A DNA stretch of 64,000 nt, from NCBI RefSeq assembly GCF_003704095.1, contig NW_020846686.1, positions 124,001 to 188,000 on the forward strand. Reading direction: 5' to 3'. Both the position numbers and the translations under genes were made by a program. This DNA comes from Pocillopora damicornis (lineage: Eukaryota). The notes beneath the pieces are model-generated. The model worked only from the letters and a program-made list of their open reading frames with translations. It was not told the DNA's origin and did not search any database. Of this stretch, positions 24,354 to 36,575 are shown in pieces (the first letter of the stretch is position 1; each line of letters starts with the position of its first letter).

Positions 24354-27300
24354 ATGCAGTTTGATGTTAGAAGGTAAGAAGTTCTAATGAGTGATAAGCT
24401 TGATCTGTATACTAGTTAGTTTCGATTGGTAAAATAAAAAATTCTCCACAACTATAAAGTGATGCAAACGTGTCAAAACACGTTTGCTGGTGTACTTTTG
24501 GCGGCCGAGGAAAGAAAACCAGGACCGTGTACCCTCAAAATTAATCGGGAAGCTAAACTGGCCTTGCGTCAGACACAGAAACAGGATATCTGATTCCATT
24601 GACCTGGTTTTCCTCATTTTAACATTCAGTTATTTGAGACATAAAAAATTTAATTCAGAATATTTGATATTAATTTATTATAAAAGATTAAAGATGGTTT
24701 GTCTACCTTATTGTAAGTCCATTTTCAAAGCTTCCGCGTCGAATATGAGGATTCCCTCAGAAAAAAAGAAGAACAGAGTAATTTGGCCAGTACTGTGCTA
24801 TATTTGCAATCTTAAAATTAGACAGGCAAGGGCTTTGTTTAGTACTTATTTTGAATGAAATAAACATAAATCATTCTCAGCTTATTACATTCGGAAATGA
24901 TTTTGAATAAAATTCTTAGTGTCCTATTTTCTCTTTGTTTTAAGGTTTGACAGTCATATTTAATCAGAAGTACATAAATACAAATGTAAATATTTTATAA
25001 TGAAAGCTTTAAAGCCAAGAGCCCTTTAGCAGTCATGTGGGGTCCGAAAATAAAGGCAAGAAAAATTTGGTTAGTTTGTCTTCAGGGCCAAGAAGAGGGT
25101 CCTCTAAGCCAGGTGTTACAGGAAGGTCACATGTACATGAAACAGTGTGTTATTTCCTAGCTGGTGTTTTTGTTTCTTACAGGTTTGATGTTTATAGAAA
25201 AGTTCCCAAGGATTTAACAGAACCCACATTGACAGGAGCAGTCAGTAAGTTTTTTTTTCCAATACTCATACTAGAATACTCAGCTCCCTTCTCTTTGTTA
25301 AATTTTCTGCAAGGCCCACAAGTTTCTTGTAACCAACATAGATGGGGAGGGGAGGGGGTCTGAAATGGAACTGTTTCAAGAATTATGCTAAGGAATGTCA
25401 TCATGAGTTACACTTTAACACGACTCTCTTTGCGCATTTGCACTATCAATGTACTGTATGTATTCAGAAACAAATGAAAATATTTAGGTCTCATGCTGTC
25501 AGATCTCTCTTCTTATGTTAAATATCAACAACTCATTTGGAATATACTGTACAGTGGCACAATTTTCTTAGTTTTTTTACATTGGAAAGAACAAATATGT
25601 ACACAATCTTTTCAGTTGATGATTAAGTCATTGACTAGTGTCCCTTGGAGATAAGATGTTCTAATTCAAAAGCACGCTGAGTTAAAATGAACTTACTAGA
25701 GAAAGACTTATTGGAGGAACAAAACTGAGAACAATATTGTGTGAAATTTCTAGAAAGTTGAACAGAGCACATTCAGAAATGTACATGTAGATTATCTTCA
25801 AAATTTGACTGTGGCCAAGGTGTTGACAGCTTGAAAGTAATATGAATTATGTTGAGTATTCAAGATGAATAGTTTCTTTTTACTGCTGTTATAGCTGCAG
25901 CAGCCTAACCCTTCTACTATTTTTTACTCAACAGTCTCAATATGCAGTTGTCTGTTTATAGTATTTTTGTTGTTATCAGAATTCTACAGCTTTATCAACA
26001 CAGAAATGTAAGTGCCAATGAAAAATTTTAATTTTTTCAATTAATAATTAGATGACAGTAAAACAGTTGAAGTCATACCTCACTGAGTTGTTATTTATGG
26101 AAATTTGTCGTCTTGATTTTTCTTTATTATTGATTTGTATATCCTTGAAAATGATTTTAAAAGAAAAAATGCATTTCAAATCTGGCTTAAAAAAGATAAT
26201 AGTGCATGCATTGAAGGGATAGTAGATCAGGTATCCTTGATCTTTTATCTGGTATTTTCCTTAATTAGCTGCAGTTTACCATTACTACAGCTTTTACATG
26301 TTGCTTTGCATAAATTTCTTTTAATTTTCAAGGGGGATTTTTTCTTGTTTTTCTTCAGTGTTAGTGAGTTGTTTGTAGATAACCCAACAGAAAATGACCG
26401 ATTGGATGTGAAATTGAACATAACTTTGCCAAGGATGAAGTGTGAACGTGAGTACTTTGGGTTGTCACCTAATATATTTTAGTGACTATATACTGTTTTG
26501 TATTTATAAGAGAAATCTTCAAATCTCACCTTACCTTGCCTTTCTTTACTATTCACATTTTGATTTTGGGTTGAATCATGCATCATGTAGAAACCCTCTG
26601 CCAGCCTCCCCTGATGTGACACTTATTAATGCTTTGTCTTTTTGAGATATTGACTAAATGTTAAAATAACAAAATGTAGGCATCTCGTTAGAGAGGGCAA
26701 GTCAGCATTTTAGGCTTAGACCTTTGGTCTATCCACCTGCTGCCATTATAAGCTCACCATTTGTGATCAGGTGGCCATGTTAGATTTTGGGTTAAAGTGA
26801 ATAGTGAGGGGAGGGGAAGGGAGAGGAAAAGAGAAAAAGACAGATAGTCTACCTACTTCCCAGATGGAAAAGGCTTATGAAACAAGAAAACCCTCCTGAT
26901 TGTGGCCTTCTACTGCATTTCTAGAAAAAAATTTAATGACTAATAATCAATCAAATTGATATTTATTTCAAAAGTGGAAGCCAATGGTTAAAATTGTTGA
27001 AAGGGAAATGCACTTTCCTCCTGTATATGGAAATTTTGCCAACCATATAATAACAAAGATTTATGCTCTTGTGTTTATTTTCAATTTTTGGTCCAGGATA
27101 TAATCAATTGGTATATACCTCTCAATTGAATGGGCTTTTTGTTTGTGTTGATTGGCAAATTTGTAAGTAAAGAGCAAGTACTATTCATCCCCAGCAGTTG
27201 ATGAGACAAAATAGTGTGTCAAGAGTTAAATGTCTGCTCATTATGCAGTATATTGAGAGACATAAACTAATTTTTTTGCCATGTGTGTGATGTATACCAG

Positions 27301-30300
27301 AACTGGTAACCTCAGTGTCATTAAAAGTGGTGGATATTTACCTCCATTTTGATGAATAATTGTTAATCATTCATTTCATTATTGTTACTTTAAAATTATG
27401 CAAACTTTGACCTCCATTTTTCAGATCTTGGTCTGGATATCCAGGATGAAATGGGACGGTATGTTAGGCAAAATAATAAGGATATTGATGATAATAAAAA
27501 TGATAATTAAAATAATAATAATAATTTGATAACAACAGTTTTAGTTACTGCATTATCTTAATACTATAGAGGTTGCAAAATAATGGTCATGAACTTTATT
27601 TATCACATAAACTGTGGTGTTATACAGGGATTTCTGGCCCTGAGAAAAGCCATAACAACACATGAAAAAATGTGGTATTTTTTTTCACGTGTGTTAATAT
27701 AGCCAATCAGCTGCTGACACGTCACTTGCCTTTGGCATCACTGGGTCAGGTTGATGAATGAACAACAAAGCCTTCATGATTCTCAATACAAGTTGTTTGT
27801 CCGAACTTTCTTGAATTATGGCGGCTAAAACATTAAAAATCTCATATTGCTGACAGACAGTGAGGTTCCAACTTTCCTAGAAGGAGAAGAAAACCAATAC
27901 AATAAAAGAAAAACTGAAAGTTACGTATTCAGTGGCTTTGTTGTTTGCATTTCTCTTGGCTGAGAATGAAAATTGACAATTGGAAGATTTGCCACTTGCT
28001 GATTTTTGGCCGTTTACCTGAAAGACTTCTACTGTTGATAAGAACAAAGTCAATAAATGAGAATTTTGTGAATTGAAAATTACCAACATTGTTGTTTTTG
28101 TAATCATGATTTGATGCATTTTTCCATCTTAAGAGTTAGTGTCAACTCACTCTATGATTGTTATTCTGCAATTGTCGATTCATTTATTTTCATTCACTCA
28201 TTAATGTCAAGTCAGCTTTTCTTGTCACTAAAGGGCTATTGTGTTTATATGATAAACAAACAATACATGGTTGCTTATAGATATGGAATTTTTCTTCTCA
28301 TGTTCAACTCGACATCTCACTCATTTGCTGTGCTCACGCATGAGCTATCGAGTCAAACACTTGAAGAGAAATTCCATATCTACACGTGCCCATGTATTAT
28401 TCTCTATATATTAAGCACAAGTAGCGTATTGGTCATGGCTGTAAATTATTGTAATATTTATCAACAGGCATGAGGTTGGTTTTCAGGAGAATACCCACAC
28501 TGAAGAAATGAATCACGGAGGTACATGCACAATACACTTATTTGTACTTACAGACACTACTTGCATCACATTGTGTACAGTTTATCCAAGTTTTCCTGCA
28601 ACAGATATTTTTGCTCATCCACCAATGTAAGGCTTTTGTAAAAATGATTCCCACATACATACAGTGATATTGTGAAACTTGGGTTTCAGAAGGATGTGTT
28701 TTCTCCTGCAAGTTCAACATAAACAAGGTATGATAGACTCTATTGCTTTCAAGCAGATAACCTCAAAACATAAAGGATTTGTAACTCAAACTAATGAACA
28801 ATTATCTGTATTGATTGGTATCAGCATGGGGTTACTCTCAAAACATGACTTGCATAGTACAGATCTTGGGGTAAGAGGGCAGTGTGACAATTCTTTCTAA
28901 CTCGGGATTTTTCTTTCCTCAAGGTTCCTGGTAATTTCCATGTGTCCACCCATGGAGCAGGTGCACAGGTGACTGCTTTGGTTCTCATTAGTTATTCTTC
29001 TTAAATCCTTGTTAACTTGTACACAGCATGCTCTCTCCCCAATCAGGGAAAAGAGCATGGTGCCTGATGAGACCAAACAACGGCTGTGAAAGAGACTGCC
29101 TTATACCCTGACTGAAGCAAATTTTATAAAATGATTTCTATTGTGTCTTTCACAGCCAGATAATCCAGACATGGCGCATCATATCAACTCTCTTAATTTT
29201 GGATCAGAAATTAAGGTAATACTGAGGTTCACTGCTGTAATAGTTTTTGTACAGTACTTGTGAGGAATAAAAAGCAAATTGCTGTTGCAATTGCTAGTCT
29301 TTATCTGACTTGTATGTATTTTCCAACACAGGATAAACTTCCTGGTGCTTTTGTGGCTCTTAGAGGACGAAATAAAGAAGATGTCAATAGTGAGTAAAAG
29401 CGATCATACCATAATAAAGCAACTTTCTCGAGACTCTACTTGGGATTTTTTTTAATCTCTTTTCAAAAACTTTTTTTTCCCAAAGTTTAGTTGCCAAACT
29501 TGTCTTAGCAAGATGGCTCAGAGCAGTTTCACTCTTAAGTTGTAGTGTACACACATACATGTATTAAAATAGATGCCGTTGTTTTACAGGTTTGTCTTCG
29601 CATGACTATGTATTGAAGATTGTACCTACAATTTACGAGAAACTGGATGGAACTACGACCTTCACATATCAATATACCTGGGCTTATAAGGTTATTTTCT
29701 CGTAACTTCAGTCTACTTCCCACTTTTTGTTCCTGATAATTGGTGTGAAATGTTACTATTTGTATTATTTTTCTTTAGGATTATGTAGCTTATGGACATG
29801 GCGGCCGGATTTTGCCAGGTAGGATATTAGTTATGTATTGGGTTGTTAGCGTAAACAGGGCTTGTCCTTGTAAGGATCGACGGTTTTCTCGAAACATCAG
29901 CATTTAAACTCATTAAGGTGGCCAATTTACGTTATCAACTTAGTTGATAACACTAAATTACCTTGCTATACTCTCCCAGAGACTCAACACCACTGTTTCT
30001 TTGGAAACTTACTCCTTTTATTCATTGGTTTCAATTAGCATTTTGTGCAGCGAAGTTTTATTTTCCAAGATTAATAAATAGTTTTCTCGTTTTCATATCA
30101 TTTCAGCAATTTGGTTTCGCTATGATTTAAGCCCAATTACTGTCAAATACGTGGAGAGACGCAAACCGCTTTATCATTTTATCACTACGGTATGGTTAAA
30201 CAGTTGTCGCTCGTCAACTCTTCTCTGGCACTTCTAGCTAATATCATTCAGAAATTTGTATTGGTAAAGTTATGCCTTATATGTGGTTAATTAGTTGCTC

Positions 30301-30882
30301 TCCTGTTAGCGTACCTTTGTTCTCTTTAATTCACCTTCTCATTCACCTTATGTGCAGTTATGTAGCGTCCATATTGAACGAGGGCTATCGTAGGTATTCG
30401 CCTGTCTTCTTTTGTACAGTACTTCTTGAAAAATAGGAGCACACTTCAATGTAAGTGAAGAGATCAATTTCCTAACCACCTCCCTCTGTACCCCCCTCTC
30501 CGCGCCTCGGAAATTGAGGTGAAACACCCCTTTTTGTACAGAGTCGTACATATATATGTGAACGCAATGGCTTAAATTGGCACAACAGGACTAGTTCACA
30601 GCTTTCCAATATTGTAATCTCGAGTAGTACCGAGGTGTGTCGTCCCTTTCCACTACAGCTGTATGTTGTAGAATTTTTAGAACAAGCCTCCCCTCAGCTT
30701 GCACGTATATGTATTCGTTCAGTATTTTTGTTCACCAGAGTTTATTCCAAACGACTCTGTTTGGTTCTTTTCAGGTTTGTGCTATCGTGGGAGGAACTTT
30801 TACCGTGGCAGGAATTATTGATTCCATGATATTCACTGCAAGTGAATTGTTTAAAAAAGCACAGCTTGGAAAATTAAGTTAA
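24354..30882 (+). CDS. ERGIC1: ER-Golgi intermediate compartment protein 1 (ERGIC-32), 287 aa
   Basis: 14 exons: 24354-24373, 25183-25244, 25935-26007, 26359-26447, 27425-27458, 28468-28520, 28690-28727, 28924-28968, 29156-29215, 29332-29389, 29590-29690, 29779-29818, 30107-30189, 30775-30882 (864 nt). Translation includes MQFDVRRFDVYRKVPKDLTEPTLTGA..GLDIQDEMGRHEVG..NKVPGNFHVSTH..AIWFRYDLSPITVKY..CAIVGGTFTVAGIIDS..KKAQLGKLS. Confidence 0.96.
29880..30025 (+). repeat. Dispersed repeat; same family as 39790-39990 and 58350-58445
   Basis: Shared core GGCCAATTTACGTTATCAACT(T/C)AGTTGATAA..AAATTACCTTG..GAAACTTAC, present three times in the window. Confidence 0.7.
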
Positions 30883-31903
30883 TTTAGGCCAGTAGAATAA
30901 TCGGTAACTGAAGAGTCACATCGAAATTCCTTTTGCGTAGATGTTCCCTGTGCACATTTCAGCAGAGATACCGTTAATTTGTATATTTATTTCTCCAGAA
31001 AATTTTGTATTGCCTTCAGAAGGAACTAAACTCAAGTGTTCATCCCTTTTTTAACGTGAAGACTTTTGAATTTATGGTTTTGGTTTTTTATTTGTTTACA
31101 TATACTTGGTTTATATGAGGATATTCACAGAAGTTGGTTACTGCGAGGCTGACCGTTATAGTATTATTAAAGTTTATTTCATATAAAGGTTAAATAGTAT
31201 ATTTAAAAATAGTTTTGGATGTGTGCTATTACCCGGTTTTCTGTAATAAATATGATAGGGTTTGCTGAGAAGAGAAATTGACAGTGCATGGCTGGTGTTA
31301 TTGTTTGTCTGATGAACTTCTATTTTGTCGGTACCTGTTGTTCTATATTGGTCTGGGAACGAGTAATTTTAAGTATTTGGTGCACGGTTAAATCACAGCT
31401 CAAATGGTCTCAGCAGCTAACACGGGTTATCGATCACCCACACCTGGTAAAATGATTTTGGTTCTTGGCCTTAAAACCCCAGTTTTTTTAATGCTGTATA
31501 TTTGCCGTCGACATCCATATTTTTTAAATACTTTTCGTTTACCAATCCGTTTTAAACTTTACCATCTAAATCTCTACTTTGGAACGCAACGGAGATTGAG
31601 ATTAACCTTAGCAGTCTTTTTTCCATTTGAAACCTACTTATAAAAGAAATAGGTCTTGAAGAAGTTTCGTCATTTAGGGAAGGTTGTGTAATGCCTGCGT
31701 ATGTAATGATATGCGCCTTGGGGCTGGTTTGATCAAAGAGGTGGTTATCTTCCGTTAGCTACGTGTTATCACTTCAACGTGTACGCAAGAACAATTTTCA
31801 GGAGGAAGGAAAGGAAAGAGTAAGATAGGTGTCGCTGTTTATTGAAAAGAAGGCAATATCTAAAACAAATGGAAAGTCCAACCGCATAATTTCATATATT
31901 TGG

Positions 31904-32683
31904 TTACATGATTCCTTTAACACCTTTTCCAACTTTATCTTTAAGAACTCTTTGTTCTTCTATGTGAAAATTTAAAGTGCGAACTAGCCTTTCATTTTCT
32001 TTTTTCTCATTTTGTAAAGCGCACTTATCACTTTGTCTCTGCTCGGCAGTTTCCTTCAACAGTTCCTCTTTCTTACGCAAAGTGAGACGCAGTTCCTCCA
32101 ACCTCTGTATTGCGTTCGCCTTTTGGGTTTCCATGAGTGATTCCTCGCGCTGCACGGCTTTCTTCTCTCTGACTATTTCGCTAGTGACACATCTGATAGA
32201 AGTCTTTAGTTCCTTAATACGCGACTGGTAGAAATCGATCTGAGATCTTAAGTGGTGAACCTGGTTTTTCAATTCTTCGTTTTCTCTTTTTGAGGGAGCA
32301 TTCTCGACAAGGAATTTTTCAGAGACCAAAATCTGCGCTCTTAGTTTCAAATATTCTTCTTGATAGTTTTTTCTTTTGTTAAACTCCTTAAAGTCTTCCA
32401 GAATATATTTAGTTTGCCTTTCCTCCGACGAGTTGTAATTCACTGAGGAATATGGGGGAAAGCAATCGATGAGCTTTCCAAGTTCTCTGCGGAGACGTGA
32501 AACCAAATTGCACCAGTCGTGGGCTGATGATTTGACGGTAAGAAGTTCCAATTTAACTTCGATTTCAGCAACAATCTTGCTGATAAATAAGTTAATTTTG
32601 AATATATGTAACATGACCTGCTCATTAGTTAGCTTGCGCCATCCTTCCTCCCTCTCAGTCGCTGACTCATTCAATTTCTCCAT
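31904..32683 (-). CDS. Intronless coiled-coil protein of unknown function, 259 aa
   Basis: Uninterrupted 780-nt ORF with an E/K/Q/R heptad-rich C-terminal half (LKNQVHHLRSQIDFYQSRIKELK..IQRLEELRLTLRKKEELLKE). No recognised domain. Confidence 0.55.
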   Translation of the reverse strand: MEKLNESATEREEGWRKLTNEQVMLHIFKINLFISKIVAEIEVKLELLTVKSSAHDWCNLVSRLRRELGKLIDCFPPYSSVNYNSSEERQTKYILEDFKEFNKRKNYQEEYLKLRAQILVSEKFLVENAPSKRENEELKNQVHHLRSQIDFYQSRIKELKTSIRCVTSEIVREKKAVQREESLMETQKANAIQRLEELRLTLRKKEELLKETAEQRQSDKCALQNEKKENERLVRTLNFHIEEQRVLKDKVGKGVKGIM

Positions 32684-34029
32684 TTCCTGGTTCTTTACCT
32701 CAGCCGTGGAAAATAAGTTACGATAATTGGACTACGACTCGCTTGGAAACAATTTATAAGAGAAATCACCCATGTTAAATTTGCCGCAGACGTATCTGTG
32801 TTTTGATGAAATTATTGTCCGTTTAAGTATGATGCAAACGCAATTCAAAAGGCGGACTCAGAGCACGCGTTCATTGCACGCGCAGAGGCTTGGTTCCCAG
32901 ACGAGAGGGAAACAATAGCCTCCATTTGGCGCAAACCCCTTCAGGTGGCTAGTAAGTCGGATGATAGTGTCTACGGTTAAGAGAGTGCACGTGTCCGAAA
33001 AATGAACTGATATTTGGCGGCGAGGCCAAGCTTCGAGAGCAAACGTGAAATTTTGAGGACAATCTCTTTAGTCAAGGACAGTAACAGCTAACCAGCACGC
33101 CAGAACTAGTTCTATATATTTAATTTTGAAATCACCTGTGGTTCTTGCAATCTGATTGCCTCCCATCAAGTGCGATTTATCACTTAATCGCACCAATTTT
33201 TTTGCTCCAATCGCATCCTTTTCCCATGCAGCTAATGAGAAACAAACAAAGATCTACAAAGTAGATTTCAAGGCTTGTTTTGAATAACCAATCAAATTAG
33301 AGGAAAAAGAAGGATAACCGTCTACAACTTCTTACAAATGAGCTCAGTTCTAGATCGATAAAATATTTGTAGAGACTCAAAAATTCTTTATTTCAGCGAC
33401 TGACCCTAACCAAACCGTCACCCAACAAACCCGTTTTCCGTGAATTTGTAATGTACACAAATTTTGATGCACACAATGTATACAATATTGATCGAATCAA
33501 TAGTAATCTACAAATCTTAATTACAAAGGAGATTCAGATATGGAGTAAACATCTCTAACTTTGATAGTCAGGAAGACATGTCCTTACAGCACTTGGTTTT
33601 ATTTAAATGTCACTCAAGGTAAACAAAGAACTTGAGAAATGCAAAATGTGAAATTACGATCACTATCTTTTATAACAAATGATTCTTTGAGGCATGCCAT
33701 TTTATTTCTTTTTCAATGCTGCTGACAGTCCTTTGCAGTTTCCTCTTTCCTGTTGGGGTAAACGATTATCGTAAGAATATATGAGGACTGTGGCCGGATG
33801 ATGTGGTCAATGCTTATCTCAATTCGTCTGAACGCTGTTGCCAATTCTTAGGTACACACTGTGATTTTGGGAAGTCCCTGGACAATAATAGTTATAGCAT
33901 TTCACGAGTCAACTTCGAGCCTGAGTAAAGTTCGGGTCAATGCAGGTCAAGTTCGAGTCACGATACAAGTTCGAGTCAATTTAAATCATGGCTAGAAATC
34001 AAAGACATCATGGCGGCTAAGCATGCGCA

Positions 34030-34129
34030 NNNNNNNNNNNNNNNNNNNNNNNNNNNNNNNNNNNNNNNNNNNNNNNNNNNNNNNNNNNNNNNNNNNNNNN
34101 NNNNNNNNNNNNNNNNNNNNNNNNNNNNN
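34030..34129. other. Assembly gap (100 N, true size unknown)
   Basis: Run of N; hides the transposase N-terminus. Confidence 1.
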
Positions 34130-35712
34130 ATGCAAAGGCCAAAGGGACAAGGAGGAAAGAGGAACTCAACTCAAAAAAGAAGAGATTTCATATATTTGAA
34201 GGACAGACTGAGTCAGTGCAGGAGCTTCGCCAAGAAATTCATATCATACCTGGTGAAGCAACAGAGAGATCAACTAAATTACATATGCCACATCAGCCCA
34301 ACACCAGGAAATGCTGAGGGTGCTCAAATGTCATTTACTGATCTCTTGAAAGAACGAGTTGTCATGAGTTGTAGACATGATGAGCAGAGATGAAGGAAAA
34401 AACTGGGCAGACAAACCAATACAAGTTAAAATTTCTGGAGATGGAGCTAGAATGAGCTAGAGATGGAGATGGAGCTTAGAACTCCTCATTCATTTTGCTT
34501 TCATTTTCACTACTACAAACTGAGGATGATGTAATGTCTGCTGGTGGTAATCACACTGTTGCCATTGTTAAGGGATCTGAATGCTATCAGACTTTGCAAG
34601 AATCATTTGCAACAGTATTTAATGAAATAAATGAATTAATACAAGACAAGCAACCATTAACTATAAATAATTCTTCATTTAATCTTGAGTTTTTCCTTGG
34701 TGGTGATTACAAGTTTCTGTTGTTGATGCTTGGTATGAAAGGTGCCACATCTATTTATGCATGCCTGTGGTGCAAGATAGCAAAAACCAACAGATGGAAT
34801 ATGGAATTTGACCTGGAGCACTACAATAAATCTCCACTTAAGAGAACACTAAAGGAAGTCATTACATTAGGCAGGAAGAAAGGAAATACAGAAAAATACT
34901 CATGTGAACATGAACCACTTTTAAAAGTAGACCTGGACAATGTAATTTTGGATGAACTGCACTTACTTTTACATATAATGGATGTTCTAATCAACAACTT
35001 AGTGAGGGAAACAGTTGAATGGGACAAAAAGGAAAATTTCAACAAGAGAAAAGCTAACCAAAATGACACCCATTTGAAAAATCTGCAAACAAGCATTAGA
35101 TCCTGTGGCATTTCATTTCAAATATGGGAAAAGACAAATGCAGATGGTAAAGGGTTAGGAATGTACGATTTCACTACCCTACTTGGAGCTGATAAAAAGA
35201 AACTTCTCGCTGAGTTACCAGAAAAATAGTCAAATTGTATTCACCCTGAAACAAGTCAAACGGTTATAAAAATATGGAAAGACTTTCATGAACTTTATCA
35301 AATAATCACAAGCGAAAACCCCTCTATCCCAACATACCTCACTTGTTTTGATAAAGCTAAAGCATGGATCAATTTATTTACATCTCTACGAGACAAGTTA
35401 ATTGGTTATATAAAGGCAGATGTTACTCCATATATGCATGCACTTGTCTATCATGTTCCACTTTTCATGAAAAAGTACACATCAGTCAAACCATTTACTG
35501 GTCAAGGGGTGGAAAAAAACAATGACATGGCCAGAAATGTTGTTCTCCACAAGTCGAACAAGAGAACTCCTGCTGCTGATATCTTACAATTGGAATTTCG
35601 ACAATGGCAGCTGCGTGAGAGGGAACGTTCTAAACGGAAATATACCAAGAAACATGATGCTTACTGGGAGACAGAAATCAAAGAGAAACGAAGAAAAGAG
35701 AGTGAAAAATAA
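34130..35712 (+). pseudogene. RAG1/Transib-like DDE transposase pseudogene
   Basis: Motifs in RAG1 order: KISGDGARM (D at 34440), FLGGDYKFL (D at 34705), YACLWC, LDELHLLL, TPYMHALVYHVP, FTGQGVEKNND (E at 35512). Lesions: stop, micro-duplication and frameshift at ~34458-34480, and an in-frame TAG at 35227-35229. Confidence 0.85.
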
Positions 35713-35882
35713 TTAAACTCATTTACAAAATAATATACTATCATGATAAAAATAACCAAAAAGGGAAATCAATTTCTACTCCATCTCCAGTATCATCAAC
35801 AGACATATGTACACATTTGGCAGACTTGTAAATACATATTATATAAAAATAGACGAAATCAGATATGCATTTCAATTATTTC

Positions 35883-36575
35883 TCAGGACAGGCTACATGC
35901 TCCTTTGCAAAATGAAAGGCTCAATTTCTCGGGCCTGTACCCAGGGAGAGGAGCAACTGACTCTCCTGCCATGGTATGATTTTTCGACTCCAAGATAAAA
36001 ACAGTCTTACTTTAACAGGAAAGTCAATTTTTACCCTATCACCTAACTCATCAACAATCATGTCCCACTGGTTTGGGAAGTGGCATCTTGAAAAATCTTC
36101 CTTTTTTAGAAGGATGTGCCCACTGTCATTGCTTTTCTTCCCTTTATTTTCAAAAAGAAAACTAAAATGTGTATGTTTAAAAGAAATGACAGTGGGCAGT
36201 GAGCTTTTGGACTTGAGATGCTCTAAAATTCCACAGTGTAGAGCTTCAGTGGCATCCTGAATTTCCTCGCCTGAAATCCTTGGGTTGAAAAATGACAAAT
36301 TAATACAGGTTGACTGTCAAATACGGTAGTAAACGAATTTCCAATATCTTCGTTTCTAATTCTCCTTACTTAACGTCATAAGGCAATATATTATTGTTTT
36401 AGCCACCAAAAACGACAAAAAATCAAACCTTGATCGTTTAAATAAATTTTTACCTCTTACTTCAGTTGAAACAACTTACTTCATCGTTTGATTTCACCAC
36501 AGACCTCTCTCCATCTTACAGAATTTCGCAAAGTTCACAAAACGTTTTAAAGGCTGTTGTTGTCCGTTGAGACAT
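35883..36575 (-). pseudogene. Transposon-borne accessory gene of unknown function, decayed
   Basis: The ORF 35921-36298 (..ISFKHTHFSFLFENKGK..CHFPNQWDMIVDELGDRVKIDFPVKVRLFLSWS) continues after a frameshift near 35985 as KNHTMAGESVAPLPGYRPEKLSLSFCKGACSLS* to 35883. A candidate first exon 36480-36575 (MSQRTTTAFKTFCELCEIL*DGERSVVKSNDE) ends at a GTAAGT donor. Confidence 0.55.

Noticed and set aside
33905-33985. CAAGTTCGAGT repeats as a CRISPR or satellite array
   Set aside because: They are mirrored at 37143-37214, so they are transposon TIR subrepeats.
35883-36575. Calling the convergent gene RAG2-like
   Set aside because: No kelch GG repeats or PHD finger, and too short; only the arrangement resembles ProtoRAG.
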